Made by a program: the position numbers and the translations under genes. A DNA stretch of 64,000 bases from Octopus vulgaris (Eukaryota). Where the stretch lies: NCBI GenBank assembly GCA_951406725.2, contig OX597835.1:33666001-33730000 (forward strand), in the 5' to 3' direction. Below the pieces are notes generated by a model that was given only the letters and a program-made list of their open reading frames with translations, did not search any database and had not been told where the DNA came from. This document shows positions 1 to 12,107 of the stretch, in pieces. Position 1 is the stretch's first letter, and each line of letters begins with the position of its first letter.

Positions 1-4
1 TAAC

Positions 5-36
<32 letters not shown>

Positions 37-121
37 TAATAATAATAATAATAATGATAATAATAATAATAATAGTTGTAGTAATAATAATAATAATAAT
101 AATAATAATGGTGATGATGAT

Positions 122-161
<40 letters not shown>

Positions 162-169
162 GTGATGAT

Positions 170-210
<41 letters not shown>

Positions 211-304
211 TGATGATGATGATGTTAATAATAATAATAATAACAATAATAATAATAATGATGATGATGATGTTAATAATAATAATAATAATAACAATAA
301 TAAC

Positions 305-342
<38 letters not shown>

Positions 343-389
343 TAATAATAATAATAATAATGATAATAATAATAATAATAATAGTTGTA

Positions 390-429
<40 letters not shown>

Positions 430-442
430 TGATGATGATGAT

Positions 443-483
<41 letters not shown>

Positions 484-502
484 TGATGATGATGATGATG
501 AT

Positions 503-571
<69 letters not shown>

Positions 572-623
572 TATAATAATGATGATGATGATGTTAATAA
601 TAATAATAATGATAATAATAATG

Positions 624-693
<70 letters not shown>

Positions 694-720
694 TAATAAT
701 AGCAGCAACAACAACAAATA
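1..720. repeat. (TAA)n/(TGA)n compound trinucleotide microsatellite
   Basis: Direct reading; the poly-Ile/Met ORF 33..725 is read-through. Confidence 0.97.
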
Positions 721-810
721 ATTAAATGAACGAAAAATACATTAAAAAGCAAGTAACTTAGAGAAGACAAAAATCAGGAATGATTTCTTTTCCCTTAATA
801 ACAACGAGGA

Positions 811-1060
811 GGCGAAGGCGACGGCGAAGGCGACGGCGAAGGCGACGGCGAAGGCGACGGCGAAGGCGACGGCGAAGGCGACGGCGAAGGCGACGGCGAA
901 GGCGACGGCGTAGGCGACGGCGACGGTGATGATGATGATGATGATGACGATGACGATGACGACGATGACGATGACGATGATGATGACGATGATGATGATG
1001 ATGACGATGACGATGACGATGACGATGATGATGATGATGAGATGAGATGACGACGACGAG
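811..1060. repeat. (GGCGAAGGCGAC)n 12-mer minisatellite grading into (GAT/GAC)n
   Basis: About 8 near-perfect 12-bp units from 811 to ~910, then trinucleotide repeats. Confidence 0.92.
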
Positions 1061-1174
1061 GAGGAATTGTAGGAGGAGGGGAGAAGGAGCAGTGGGAGGT
1101 AGAAGAGAAAGAAGAAAATAAATAAAAATTATAGAAATGCGTGTGTGTCTTTGTGTGTGAACGCGCGCGCGCTT

Positions 1175-1206
<32 letters not shown>

Positions 1207-1377
1207 GCGGGGCACGAAAAGATTAGGGTAAGGATCGATATTTGTTACAAAATAGAAAACACTGGCTACTTAAACTGTTGAAAAAAGCCGCAATAATACA
1301 AATACCAAAAATATTAATAGCCATCATAATATCAATAATGATAATAATAATAATAATGATGATGATGATGGTGGTGG

Positions 1378-1423
<46 letters not shown>

Positions 1424-1779
1424 AACAACGTCTAATAACGATGACCGTGCTGTCAGAAAAAAATAAGAAAAACCACAACGAAGAAGAAATATAACAAAAA
1501 TAAATCGTAGAAGTCCAGTTATATGAAAACATGAATTCGATTTCCATGAATACGAATTTATATGAAAAGTAATAATATTTATAATGAAAACATTAAAGAT
1601 ACAACAACGCCATCTAGATTTTTTTTTAAAAAGGAGCAACATGAGTTATAGTGTCTTTGGCAACAGCAGCAACTGCAAGAAGATTGAAATTGCAGAAACA
1701 TCATCTGTAGGGAACGGTAGGCACAGAGAGAAGTGGTAAATGCTTGGGTGGGATGGGGGGGGGGGGGAAGAGGAGAACA

Positions 1780-2205
1780 ATAACGAGAAGAAGAAGAATA
1801 GGAAGCGCATTAAGAATAAGAAGGAAATGATCGAGAAGAATGAGAAGAGGAGATAGGCGAAGAAGAAGGAGAAGAAGGAGAAGAAGAAGAAGAAGAAGAA
1901 GAAGAAGAAGGAGAAGAAGAAGAAAAAGAAGAAGAAGAAGGAGAAGAAGAAGAAGGAGAAGAAGAAGGAGAAGAAGAAGAAGGAGAAGAAGAACAAGAAC
2001 AAGAACAAGAACAAGAACAAGAAAAAGAAGAAGAAAAAGAAGAAGAAGAAGAAGAAGAAGAAGAAGAAGAAGAAGGAGAAGAAAAAGAACAAGAACAAGA
2101 AAAAGAACAAGAAAAATAAGAAGAAGGGGAGGGAAGGAGGAGAATAAGAAGGAGGAGGAGGAAGAGGAAGAGGGGAGGTGGAGGAGGGGTGGATGAAGAG
2201 AAGAA
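1780..2205. repeat. (GAA)n/(GGA)n polypurine tract
   Basis: Direct reading. Confidence 0.95.
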
Positions 2206-2667
2206 GAACAAAACACTGGGCCATTACGCCACCACTACGTTTTGTAAGTGTTTGTCTAAAAGAGGTTTATTGCATAGAATTTAAAAAGTGTCTTCAACGC
2301 CCTTCAAGAATCGCAGGTGAATCAAACGAACTGTAGGTCATTGGAGGATATAAATAATATGACAACTTATTGAGAATTTTTTAATTATCTTTTTTAAGTA
2401 TCATCATTATAGGTATTTATACTCTGGTGAAATTGAGAAATCAAGTTGTAAATTAACGAAACCCTTGAATCCATCATTGTACACACGCACACACACACAG
2501 AGTCGCATATCTAAGAATGTATTTAAGTATGTCTGAAGACAATCAAACCACATTTTCATCTTCATTTTAACCCACTCACCCAATGGAGATTTGTGCTAAA
2601 TTTGGTGAAAATCCAGTAATTTTGCATACACACAGACAAACAAGGACAAGCGCGCAGGGTATTAATC

Positions 2668-2928
2668 TTTTTTGTTTGTTCCTTCTCGAGCCATGTCTGG
2701 CTCATAAGGGCCAGTTTCCCGGTTTCTTGGAGTATAGGTTCCCCACAAGGACGGTATGCCGGTCCGTCGCAGGTGAGCTGCAAGATGCAGGGGGAAAGAG
2801 TGAGAGTAAGTTGTGGCGAAAGAGTCAGCAGAAGTTCGCATTACCTTCTGCCAGAGACGCGTGGAGCTCGCCCGGTCTGAGATTCGAATCCGCGAGTCCG
2901 CTGCTCTAACCAGGCCTTGTGCCTCCAC
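2668..2928 (-). mobile_element. tRNA-derived SINE (Arg-like head) with V-domain-like 3' module, internally deleted
   Basis: Minus strand GTGGAGGCAC...GGTTAGAGCAGCGGACTCGCGG head; TGCGACGGACCGGC..CCGTCC resembles the V-SINE domain; same family at 48912-49210. Confidence 0.8.
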
Positions 2929-2986
2929 AGTCGGTAAAGCTTAGAATACGATACATCACATCTTACAATTTGTTTATTGTAGGACT

Positions 2987-3346
2987 GGAATGGAAGCACT
3001 CCGTCGGTTACGAAGACGAGGGTTCCGGTTGATCCGAATCAACGGAACAGCCTGCTCGTGAAATTAACGTGTAAGTGGATGAGCACTCCACTAACACGTG
3101 TACCCTTAACGTAGTTCTCGGGGATATTCAGCGTGACACAGGTACAACAGAAACAGGAAGTAAGAGTGAGAGAAAGTTGTGGAGAAAGAGTACAGCAGGG
3201 ATCACCACCATCCCCTGCCGGAGCCTCGTGGAGCTTTAGGTGTTTTCGCTCAATAAACACTCACAACGCCCGGTCTGGGAATCGAAACCGCGATCCTATG
3301 ACCGCGAGTCCGCTGCCCTAACCATTGGGCCATTGCGCCTCCACAC
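2987..3346 (-). mobile_element. Full-length tRNA-Arg-like SINE with 11-bp TSD
   Basis: A/B-box head (TGGCCCAATGGTTAGGGC...GGTTTCGATTCCC) with a TCG anticodon-like loop; flanked by ATTGTAGGACT at 2976-2986 and 3347-3357. Confidence 0.88.
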
Positions 3347-3767
3347 ATTGTAGGACTACTTCATATCTCATTCCAGCATCAAGGGCGCTCGCTTAATCGC
3401 TAGACGATATACACTCAGTTGAGGTCCATATCCAATCAACTGTTAACTGACATAAGAAATTTCCACATTAATACTTGCCATGCTGGAGCAACGCCTCGGA
3501 GGGTTTTGGTCGAACAAATCGACCTCAGGACATACATTTCTTTGGCCAAATACTTATTCTATCTCCCTCTTTTGCTGAAGCACTAAGTTACGGGAACGTA
3601 AACACACCAACACCGGATGTCATGCGGTGGTGGCAGATAAACACAGACACAAAGACACTCACACAAATATATGCATACGCATATATACATATTATACTAA
3701 TACATCTATTTGTCGTCTACACCACCTGTCTTCGTATTTTGTTTTTTGTGAATTCTCTGTATGTATG

Positions 3768-3834
<67 letters not shown>

Positions 3835-5338
3835 CTGTGTATGTGTGTGTGCGTGTGTGTGTATCTATAAAGTTAAAATTCAAATAAGTTATCATAAATA
3901 AAAATAATGACTAAGTCGCCAGCAAACTTAATTCTAATAAGCAAAATATATAATAAAAAGTCAGGGTACAATATGTAACTGTTTGCTAGAAAGAAGAGTT
4001 AAAACTCTCCAAAGCCACGCGTCTCTCAGTATATGCAGACACGCACGGAGAATACAGTAAATATATTTCTCCGGAACAGTCCTCCTACTTGTAAAAGGAA
4101 TGGATTATAAAATACAAATAAGATCATAGACATTATTACAAATGTATATATATGTATATACATGTATGAATATATATATATACATATATATATACGACGG
4201 GCTTCTTTCAGTTTCCGTCTTCCAAATCCACTAAAAAAAATTTTGTTGCCCAACGTACCACATACTGGGACCGAACTCGAAACCGTGTAATTGGGATAAT
4301 CAGTTATCTCTATGGTATATTACAAGTTTTATTTGTTGTTGTTGTTGTTGCTATTATTGTTGTTAATATTGTTGCTGTTATTTTTGCTGTTGTCTTAACT
4401 CTGTTAACGGTTGTTTTAATAATTATTTTGTTCTATCTTGATAATTTTAATCGATAATATTATCATCCTCATTAACATCACAACAACCACCACCATCATC
4501 GTTATCATTATCACAATCAGCTTCAAAATTACCATCATCATTATCGGCATCTTCATGATCATTATCATCATCATCATCATCATCAAAATCATCATCATTA
4601 TCACCATCATCATCAAAATCATCACCATCATTATCACCATCACCATTATATAACATCCTCATTATCATCACCATTATCATCAGCAACATTACCATCCACA
4701 TCATCTTCATAATCATCATAATCATCACCACCGTCACTTTCACCACCACCACCATCATAACCAACACCACCACCAGTATCATAACCATCATCATTTAGAA
4801 TTGTTATTAATATAGCTGTACTCAGACTTGACTACAACAGCATTGCAATAGCGATAAACATACAAATATATGTTTCACGAATTCGCACACCTCCCACACA
4901 CACAAACATAGACACGCACAAACACACACACACACATACACAAACATACATGTATACATACATACACTCGCTCACAATGGCGCACAAACAAACACACTCG
5001 AAGTAAACAACCAAAAACCTATACGAAGCCACAACGGCAACAAACAATGGCTCGAATTATTTCTTCGTTTTATATGAGACGGTGGAACGTGAATAGGTGT
5101 TTACGAATTAATATTCATATATACATACATACATACATACAAACATACATATATATATATATATATGCATTTATATATGGGTATATATGTGCATATATAT
5201 ATATATATATATATACACACACCTATATATATATATATACTCACCCATATATATATATACGCACACATATATCTGCATACATATATATGCATGACTATAT
5301 ATGTATATATATACATACATTTATATGTATATATATTA

Positions 5339-5383
<45 letters not shown>

Positions 5384-5517
5384 ATGTATATACGTATATT
5401 TAGATATATGCATTACACATATACACGTTTCTATATACAGATATATATATACATACATATATACATATATGTATATATTTATATGTATTTGTATATATGT
5501 ATGTATATGTATGTAAG

Positions 5518-5568
<51 letters not shown>

Positions 5569-5730
5569 GCATATGCGTGTGTGTATACACGTACGAATTT
5601 TTTTCACAAACACACATATCTATCACACATTTATATCGCTTCCTCTATACCCATATACATACAATTATCTTTCTTTTACTCTACCGAAAAAACTTCTGGA
5701 TTTCTTATATATATGAGCTATACCCTCTAA

Positions 5731-5816
<86 letters not shown>

Positions 5817-5859
5817 TTATTCACAGATACAAGCTTACACACATATACACAGACACAAA

Positions 5860-5897
<38 letters not shown>

Positions 5898-6839
5898 CAT
5901 TCCTATATTATTTCCTGTAAATGGTTTGTATGAAGCCAAGATGAGTTCATAAATGTCTTTGACTTCTACCATTTAACCTAGCTAACTCCAGCAGACATCT
6001 TGTCTCGTTGATCAAGACACCAATAATATATGTTATTCAGTAAATGCTTCAACGAAACACATTTCGTTGGAAGATATTTACGTTGAGTTTGTTTTCGCAG
6101 CTTCTTATCCTTGTTTTCCTGGCTTCTAATCGTTGTTTTCAGTTTTATGATATATTGTTAGATGACTTTGATATTTATTATATGTGTTGTGCGAAGGTGC
6201 GCAGTCGAGTGTCTGCGGTGTTGTACAAACGATCGCAAGATCGTGGTTCGATCACCAGACTGATGATGCGTTGTGTTCTGCAGCACATTCACATTTCATT
6301 CACGTTGTCTCCATCATGGGTAGGCAAGGCTTCAACACAATGACATCCTGCTCTGAAGGAATGTTGGTCCGCCCGCCTAACCAAATGCGATGGCATCAGT
6401 TCAAGTCAACTATGTAAAGAAGCGCAATGTCAACAGCGGTGTATAACCACATCCACATAATTAGTATGCGTAAAAAAAAAATATCATTTAATAATTAAGT
6501 GTACTATCAAGCAGTACCAGCATGCAAAATAAAGCAATCAAAATGACCAAACCACAAATTTTCACTTAGACTCAAAGGCCAAAGCGGGCAAATGAATAAA
6601 AATCCTAAAACCCCGTACAAGAGACGAAATAATCGGAAATTGAAAATGCCATGCATAAATTTGCTGCGGCGTTAAAAACGGCCATCGTACACAATGGTGA
6701 AATGGATACCCTCAATAATCGAGGGGTTAGTAAGACTCGCTGAAGATGAGCTAGGAGGGGTTTTTTCTCAAACTTCGTAATCACAGTATATGTCTGGCTT
6801 TTTCAATTTTCGATTATTTTCGTCATTGTTACAGGGTTT

Positions 6840-7058
6840 CAGTCCATCGCAGCCTTACACAAGAAACAGAAAGAAAGAGTGAGAGAAAGTTGAGGCGAAA
6901 GAGTACAACAGGGGTTGCCACCACCCCTTTCTAGAACCTCGTGAAGCTTTTAAGTATTTTCGCTCAATAAACACAAACAACGCCCGGTCTGGTAATCGAA
7001 AGCGTGATCCTCCGACGGCGAGTCCGCCGCCCTAACCACTGGGCTATTGCGACTCCAC
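6840..7058 (-). mobile_element. tRNA-Arg-like SINE, head plus shared body
   Basis: Same head and GAGTGAGAGAAAGTT..GCGAAAGAGTACA body as 2987-3346. Confidence 0.8.
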
Positions 7059-7109
7059 ACACACACACACATATACATGTATATACATGTGTGTGTGTCT
7101 ATCTTTTAT

Positions 7110-7324
7110 CTTTTGTCTTTTACTTGTTTCAGTAATATGTCTGCTGCCATGCTGGGGCAACGCCCTAAAATGTTTTAGTAGAAAGGTTTTAGTTGACCTC
7201 ACCAATTATTTTCTTTTAAGGCATAGGCTTTATTCTATCGGTGACTTTTACCGAACCGCTAACTTAGGGGGACGTAAATACATCAACACAGATTCTCAAG
7301 CGGTGGAAGAAAAGAAATACAGAT

Positions 7325-7355
<31 letters not shown>

Positions 7356-7369
7356 AGTGTGTGTGTACT

Positions 7370-7410
<41 letters not shown>

Positions 7411-7472
7411 GCATACATATATATACACACATATATATATGCATACATATATATACACATACATACATATAT

Positions 7473-7569
<97 letters not shown>

Positions 7570-7728
7570 ACGGGCTTTTTCAGCTCCCGTCTACCAAATC
7601 CGCTCACAAGGTTTTGATTTGTCCGTGACTATAGCAGAAAACACTACCAAGATGCCATACAGCGGGATTGAAACCGAAACCATGTTGTTGGGAATGCAAG
7701 TTTCTTATCACATAGCCACACCTACACC
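7110..7728 (-). mobile_element. Microsatellite-bearing tRNA SINE (CORE-like body) with internal (TA)n expansion
   Basis: Tail CCGAACCGCTAA/TTACTTGTTTCAGT at 7120-7300; body GGGCTTTTTCAG..CTACCAAATCC at 7570-7725. Confidence 0.75.
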
Positions 7729-9127
7729 AATATATATATATACATATATGTGCGTGTATGTGTGTGTGAGTGTGTGTGAGTGTGTGTGAGTGTGTGTGTA
7801 TGTACGTAAGTGTGTGTGAATTGCACTTGCGTGTCCATGTGTGTATGTTCATATATGTATATTTATTTGTTAAGTAATATCAAATTTATACTTGCACAAT
7901 ACCAGTCAGCAAGATAACCGACGAATTCATATTGTTTTGCATTAATACCAAAATGACTCCAGGCCATTCTTACTTCACTAATCACCGAATAGTCACTATG
8001 CAAAAGTCCTTCTTTTGTTGGGAAGTGGTGATACTAAGAAAGAATGATAGCGCAGCATGATCATTGCCGAAGGTGTTGCAGAACTAAGTACGCATTATGA
8101 ATCAGAAAAGCAGATAGGTAAAGGATGGATTCTTTCAAAGTGTTGTCGTTGCAATAAATGAAACATTGAGCTATTAGAATATGCTAAGGAAACGTAAGCT
8201 GTGAATACGAATCAATAGAGAAAATAGCCTGTGGCATTGATGATGTCGTCATTTTTCCTTCGTCTTTAGAAATGATTTATCAAAGTTATATTGTTAACAG
8301 AGATAGATGTATCAGCAACATCTGGACTTATCTTATATATATAATAAATTTTAATTTCCACGTTATAAAGAACTGCCATGCATTCATTCTCTTTCTCGTT
8401 CTCTATCATTCTACTTCTTTATCTCTTTTATTCTTTCGTTGTCTTTTCTCTCTGTCATATTCAATGTCCAATAATATATCGCAAACAATCAAAAATGCCG
8501 TGCGTTATTCCAGCAGAACTGTTATATAATTGACTCGCAAGTATACACTGCACTTAAATTTTGCATCACAAACCGCCACAATCAATGCATGCCCGAAACA
8601 TTTAAACCACTAATATCTTTAACTTTCTTGCATATTGTATCTATCTCCACAGCCTACCCTCTTAACGAAATTAGGCTCACAATATATGTAGGTCATCGCA
8701 CTGAGGGGTTCGACAATATGATAACATACACACGTATTACATTAAATCTAACTATGAACTCATTCAAATCTTGATCCAATCAACATGTATACTCTTTCGG
8801 AAATATCAGTCGAAGACGCGACACCAGTTCCTGTAAATACAAACAGAACACCAAGACAAATAAATATCTACATCAAATAAGAAAATCATAAATCTAAATA
8901 TGTCATAAGGGAGAACATAGCATGTACACTTCATAAAAGATGATCATACAACAAGGTAACCTTGATCTTAAAACTGGAGCTGAACAACTTTCTAATACCC
9001 AGAGATCAACGTCTACTGAAAGTTGTAAACAAAGCCAGTGAAACTGCTGCAAATATAGAAAACGTAGAATTGCAATACACATCATATATGTATGTGTGTG
9101 TGTGTGTGCGCGCATGTGTGTATACAT

Positions 9128-9905
9128 ACTTGAGGGTCGGTTGAAAAGTTCATAAGCTGACGATGATATGCTCATGGGACGTGACCAAATGTGGTTTACT
9201 TTTTTAACATAGTCCCCCTTGCGGTTCACACACTTCTGCCGCCGGTGTTGCAGAGCTTGGATCCCATTAGTGAAGAAGCTTTCATCCTCTTGATAAAAAA
9301 AATAATCGACAGCAGATATTATGATGTCATCGTTGCTGCGACACTGTTCCCAGCCAAGTGTTTTTTTTTTGTTTTTGTTTTTTCGTATTGGGGAACAGAT
9401 GATTGTCTGATGTAGCCAAATCAGGATAATAGGGGCGGGGATCAACCAGTTAAAAGCCACAGTCATGCACAACAGCCACGGAAACCAAAGACTTGTGTGC
9501 TGGAGCCTTTTCTAGATGAAACAAGACCCCTTTCGTCAGTCTTCCTGTGTATTTGGTCTTGATTGATATTCGTAATTACCTTAGCAAGTTGGCATAGTAC
9601 TCTCAGTTGATGGCATGACCCTTTTGAAGATAAACACAAAGCCTTTTTTTCATTCAAATAGACTAATGCCATCCCCTTCACAGCAGGTGAAACAACCTTG
9701 GCCTTCTTTGGAGCAGGTGAGGGGGGATGTTTCCACTGCATGGATTGTCTCTTTGTAACTAGATCAAAGCAATGATCCCAACACCCACCCTGGCTTAGGA
9801 GGCGTTCAAGGAAACCAGCTGGATCTACCTCACGCAATGTCAAATTTTGCTGTGGACTGATCAGCCTTGTACACATTTGATCAGGTGTCAGAAAACGTGG
9901 CAGCA
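9128..9905 (-). mobile_element. mariner transposon relic (3' part, degenerate transposase)
   Basis: Translations LPRFLTPDQ (WVPR-like), QSMQWKHPPSPAPKKAKVV and C-terminal FFTNGIQALQHRRQKCVNRKGDYVKK; TIR-like GAGGGTCGGTTGAAAAGTTC at ~9132. Confidence 0.85.
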
Positions 9906-9932
9906 TATATATATATATATATATATATATGC

Positions 9933-10065
9933 GGAGACCCCCTTCGGTCATGAACGACCATGTGATTGCACCTAGAAAGTTACACTCCGAGGCACAAGTC
10001 CGGGCAAGGTTGTTTATGGAAGACCAGCAGTCGACCATGCATACCGGCCTCCCCTCTCCATACCA
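9933..10065 (-). mobile_element. SINE 3' fragment, same family as 53122-53740
   Basis: CCCCTTCGGTCATGAA.GACCATG.GATTGCACCTAGAAA shared with 53125. Confidence 0.75.
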
Positions 10066-10146
10066 CCGGTGTTATAGATACACCAAAACCGGTAGTCAAG
10101 CGGTGATGGAAGGGCAAACACAGACACAACGACACACACACACATA

Positions 10147-10211
<65 letters not shown>

Positions 10212-10216
10212 ATATA

Positions 10217-10410
10217 GGGAGAGTTTACGAAAATAAAAGACGAAGACAGGTGGTGTACAAAACAAACAGATGTATTAGTATAACGCTCAGGAATAGAAAA
10301 AGTCTTTTACATTTCGAGCCTACGCTCTTCTACAGAAAGGGACACAGTAAAAACAAGGAGAGAAACAAGGATAGAATAAAATGTGTGTAATGGCTGACGA
10401 TCTATCATAA
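10217..10410 (-). mobile_element. ~200-bp ORF-less element with hammerhead-like motif (copy 1)
   Basis: Near-identical to 61340-61552; starts at a (TA)n edge; motif at 10303-10340. Confidence 0.65.
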
Positions 10411-10603
10411 GAGTTCTCAACGTGTATGTCAGATGACTCTCGTTCAAGCGATCAAAGTAGAATTTTATACTCAGAACTCATCAATTGATTGCTTCTCTGT
10501 CAATTTTTCTATTCTCTCTCTCTCTACCTCTCCCACCTCTCTCTCCATCTCTCTCTCTCTGTTTCCTTGTATATGCATCTCGCTCTCTTACCCTCTCTTT
10601 ACA

Positions 10604-10639
<36 letters not shown>

Positions 10640-11182
10640 GACGGGCTTCTTTCAGTTTCCGTGTACCAAATCCCAAATCCACTCACAAGGCTTGGAATGG
10701 CCCGAGGCTATTGTAGAAAACACTTGCCCAAAGTGCCACGTAACGGTACGGAGTGTTGTATACGATATAGACATATGTAAGCAAATTTGAATAAATATTT
10801 ATACATGATTTTATTTTCTAGCAACGGTCGACGTTCACGCCAATTGTAACATGAAGCAAACTGTGTCTTCGATATTTTGAGCTGCTTTATTTTAAAAATA
10901 GAACAATTTCCTTCTTTATTTTTTTTCTTTTGGTTATCGTATGGCTCGCCAGTCTCTAAATGTTAATATTCTTTAATGCATTGTGTGTAGTTGTCGTCAT
11001 TTCAATTGCTAATTCGTTGATTTGGTCGTAGCCTCCAAGAAATCCATATTTCATTCTTGAACAATTTCAATGAATGAGTGTCTAGTTGTCACGCCCTCTG
11101 ATGCACTTTCTGATGTTTATGTGTATCGAGTTACAACACTCCCACACACGCGCTCACACAAACACACAGACAAACGCACACA

Positions 11183-11221
<39 letters not shown>

Positions 11222-11243
11222 AGGCACATGCAGGCACGCATAC

Positions 11244-11376
11244 AGACAGATAGACAGATAGATAGAGTGAGAGAGAGAGAGAGAAACAGACAGATAGACG
11301 GAGGGACGGTCAGACGGACAGACAGACGGACTGCGTATGGATGGATGGACGGACGGACAGACTGAAAGACAGACAG

Positions 11377-11408
<32 letters not shown>

Positions 11409-11563
11409 GCAGATAGATAGATAGAGAGAGAGGGAGAGAGAGGGAGAGAGAGATAAACAGACAGGTAGACGGAGGGACGGTCAGACGGACAGACAGACGG
11501 ACAGCGGATGGACGGACGGACGGACGGACTGAAAGACAGACAGACAGACAGACAGACAGACAT

Positions 11564-11629
<66 letters not shown>

Positions 11630-11720
11630 GGACGGACAGACGGCGGACAGATGGACGGACGGATGGACTGACAAACAGATGGACAGACAGACGGAGAGAC
11701 AGACAGACAGACAGACATAC

Positions 11721-11785
<65 letters not shown>
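11244..11785. repeat. Compound (GATA)n/(GACA)n/(GACG)n array with internal higher-order duplication
   Basis: Block GACGGAGGGACGGTCAGACGGACAG occurs at ~11297 and ~11468; pure (GATA)n abuts the LINE 3' end. Confidence 0.93.
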
Positions 11786-11786
<1 letters not shown>

Positions 11787-12107
11787 CTTTCTTTTATTAG
11801 CCACACAGGGCTGAATACAGAGGGGACAAATACAAATGTAGAGCTTTTCTTTACGAGGGTGGAAAAAAGAAAATAAATGTAAGATTGCGATCAAAAGGGA
11901 TCGAGAGAAAAAAAAGGAAAAGAAATCGTGTATCACAGAAACATTGATAAAAACATTGATAAAACAAGATTGAGTTCATCCGTGGGAAGAAAAGCCTACA
12001 GAAAAGACCACGGGAACCTCAGTCAGGGAGGAAATAACCACATGAGAGCAAAATGCTCTCTCTCTTTCTTTTTTACGATTTACAGGATCATGCTCAAAAT
12101 GATTTCG

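Noticed and set aside
33-2224. Long poly-Ile, poly-Leu, poly-Arg and poly-Phe ORFs
   Set aside because: Trinucleotide repeats lacking stop codons; no domain content.
3270-3344. tRNA-Arg-like sequence
   Set aside because: It is a SINE head continuing into a repeat body with a TSD, not a tRNA gene.
6258-6290. CTGATGA motif (also at 52745)
   Set aside because: No GAAA or stem arrangement downstream.
5047-7852. YIYIYI and CVCVCV ORFs, here and throughout the window
   Set aside because: Translations of (TA)n and (TG)n.
8760-8850. Minus-strand acceptor TTTGTATTTACAG followed by a short frame
   Set aside because: All frames stop within about 25 codons; no supporting exon.
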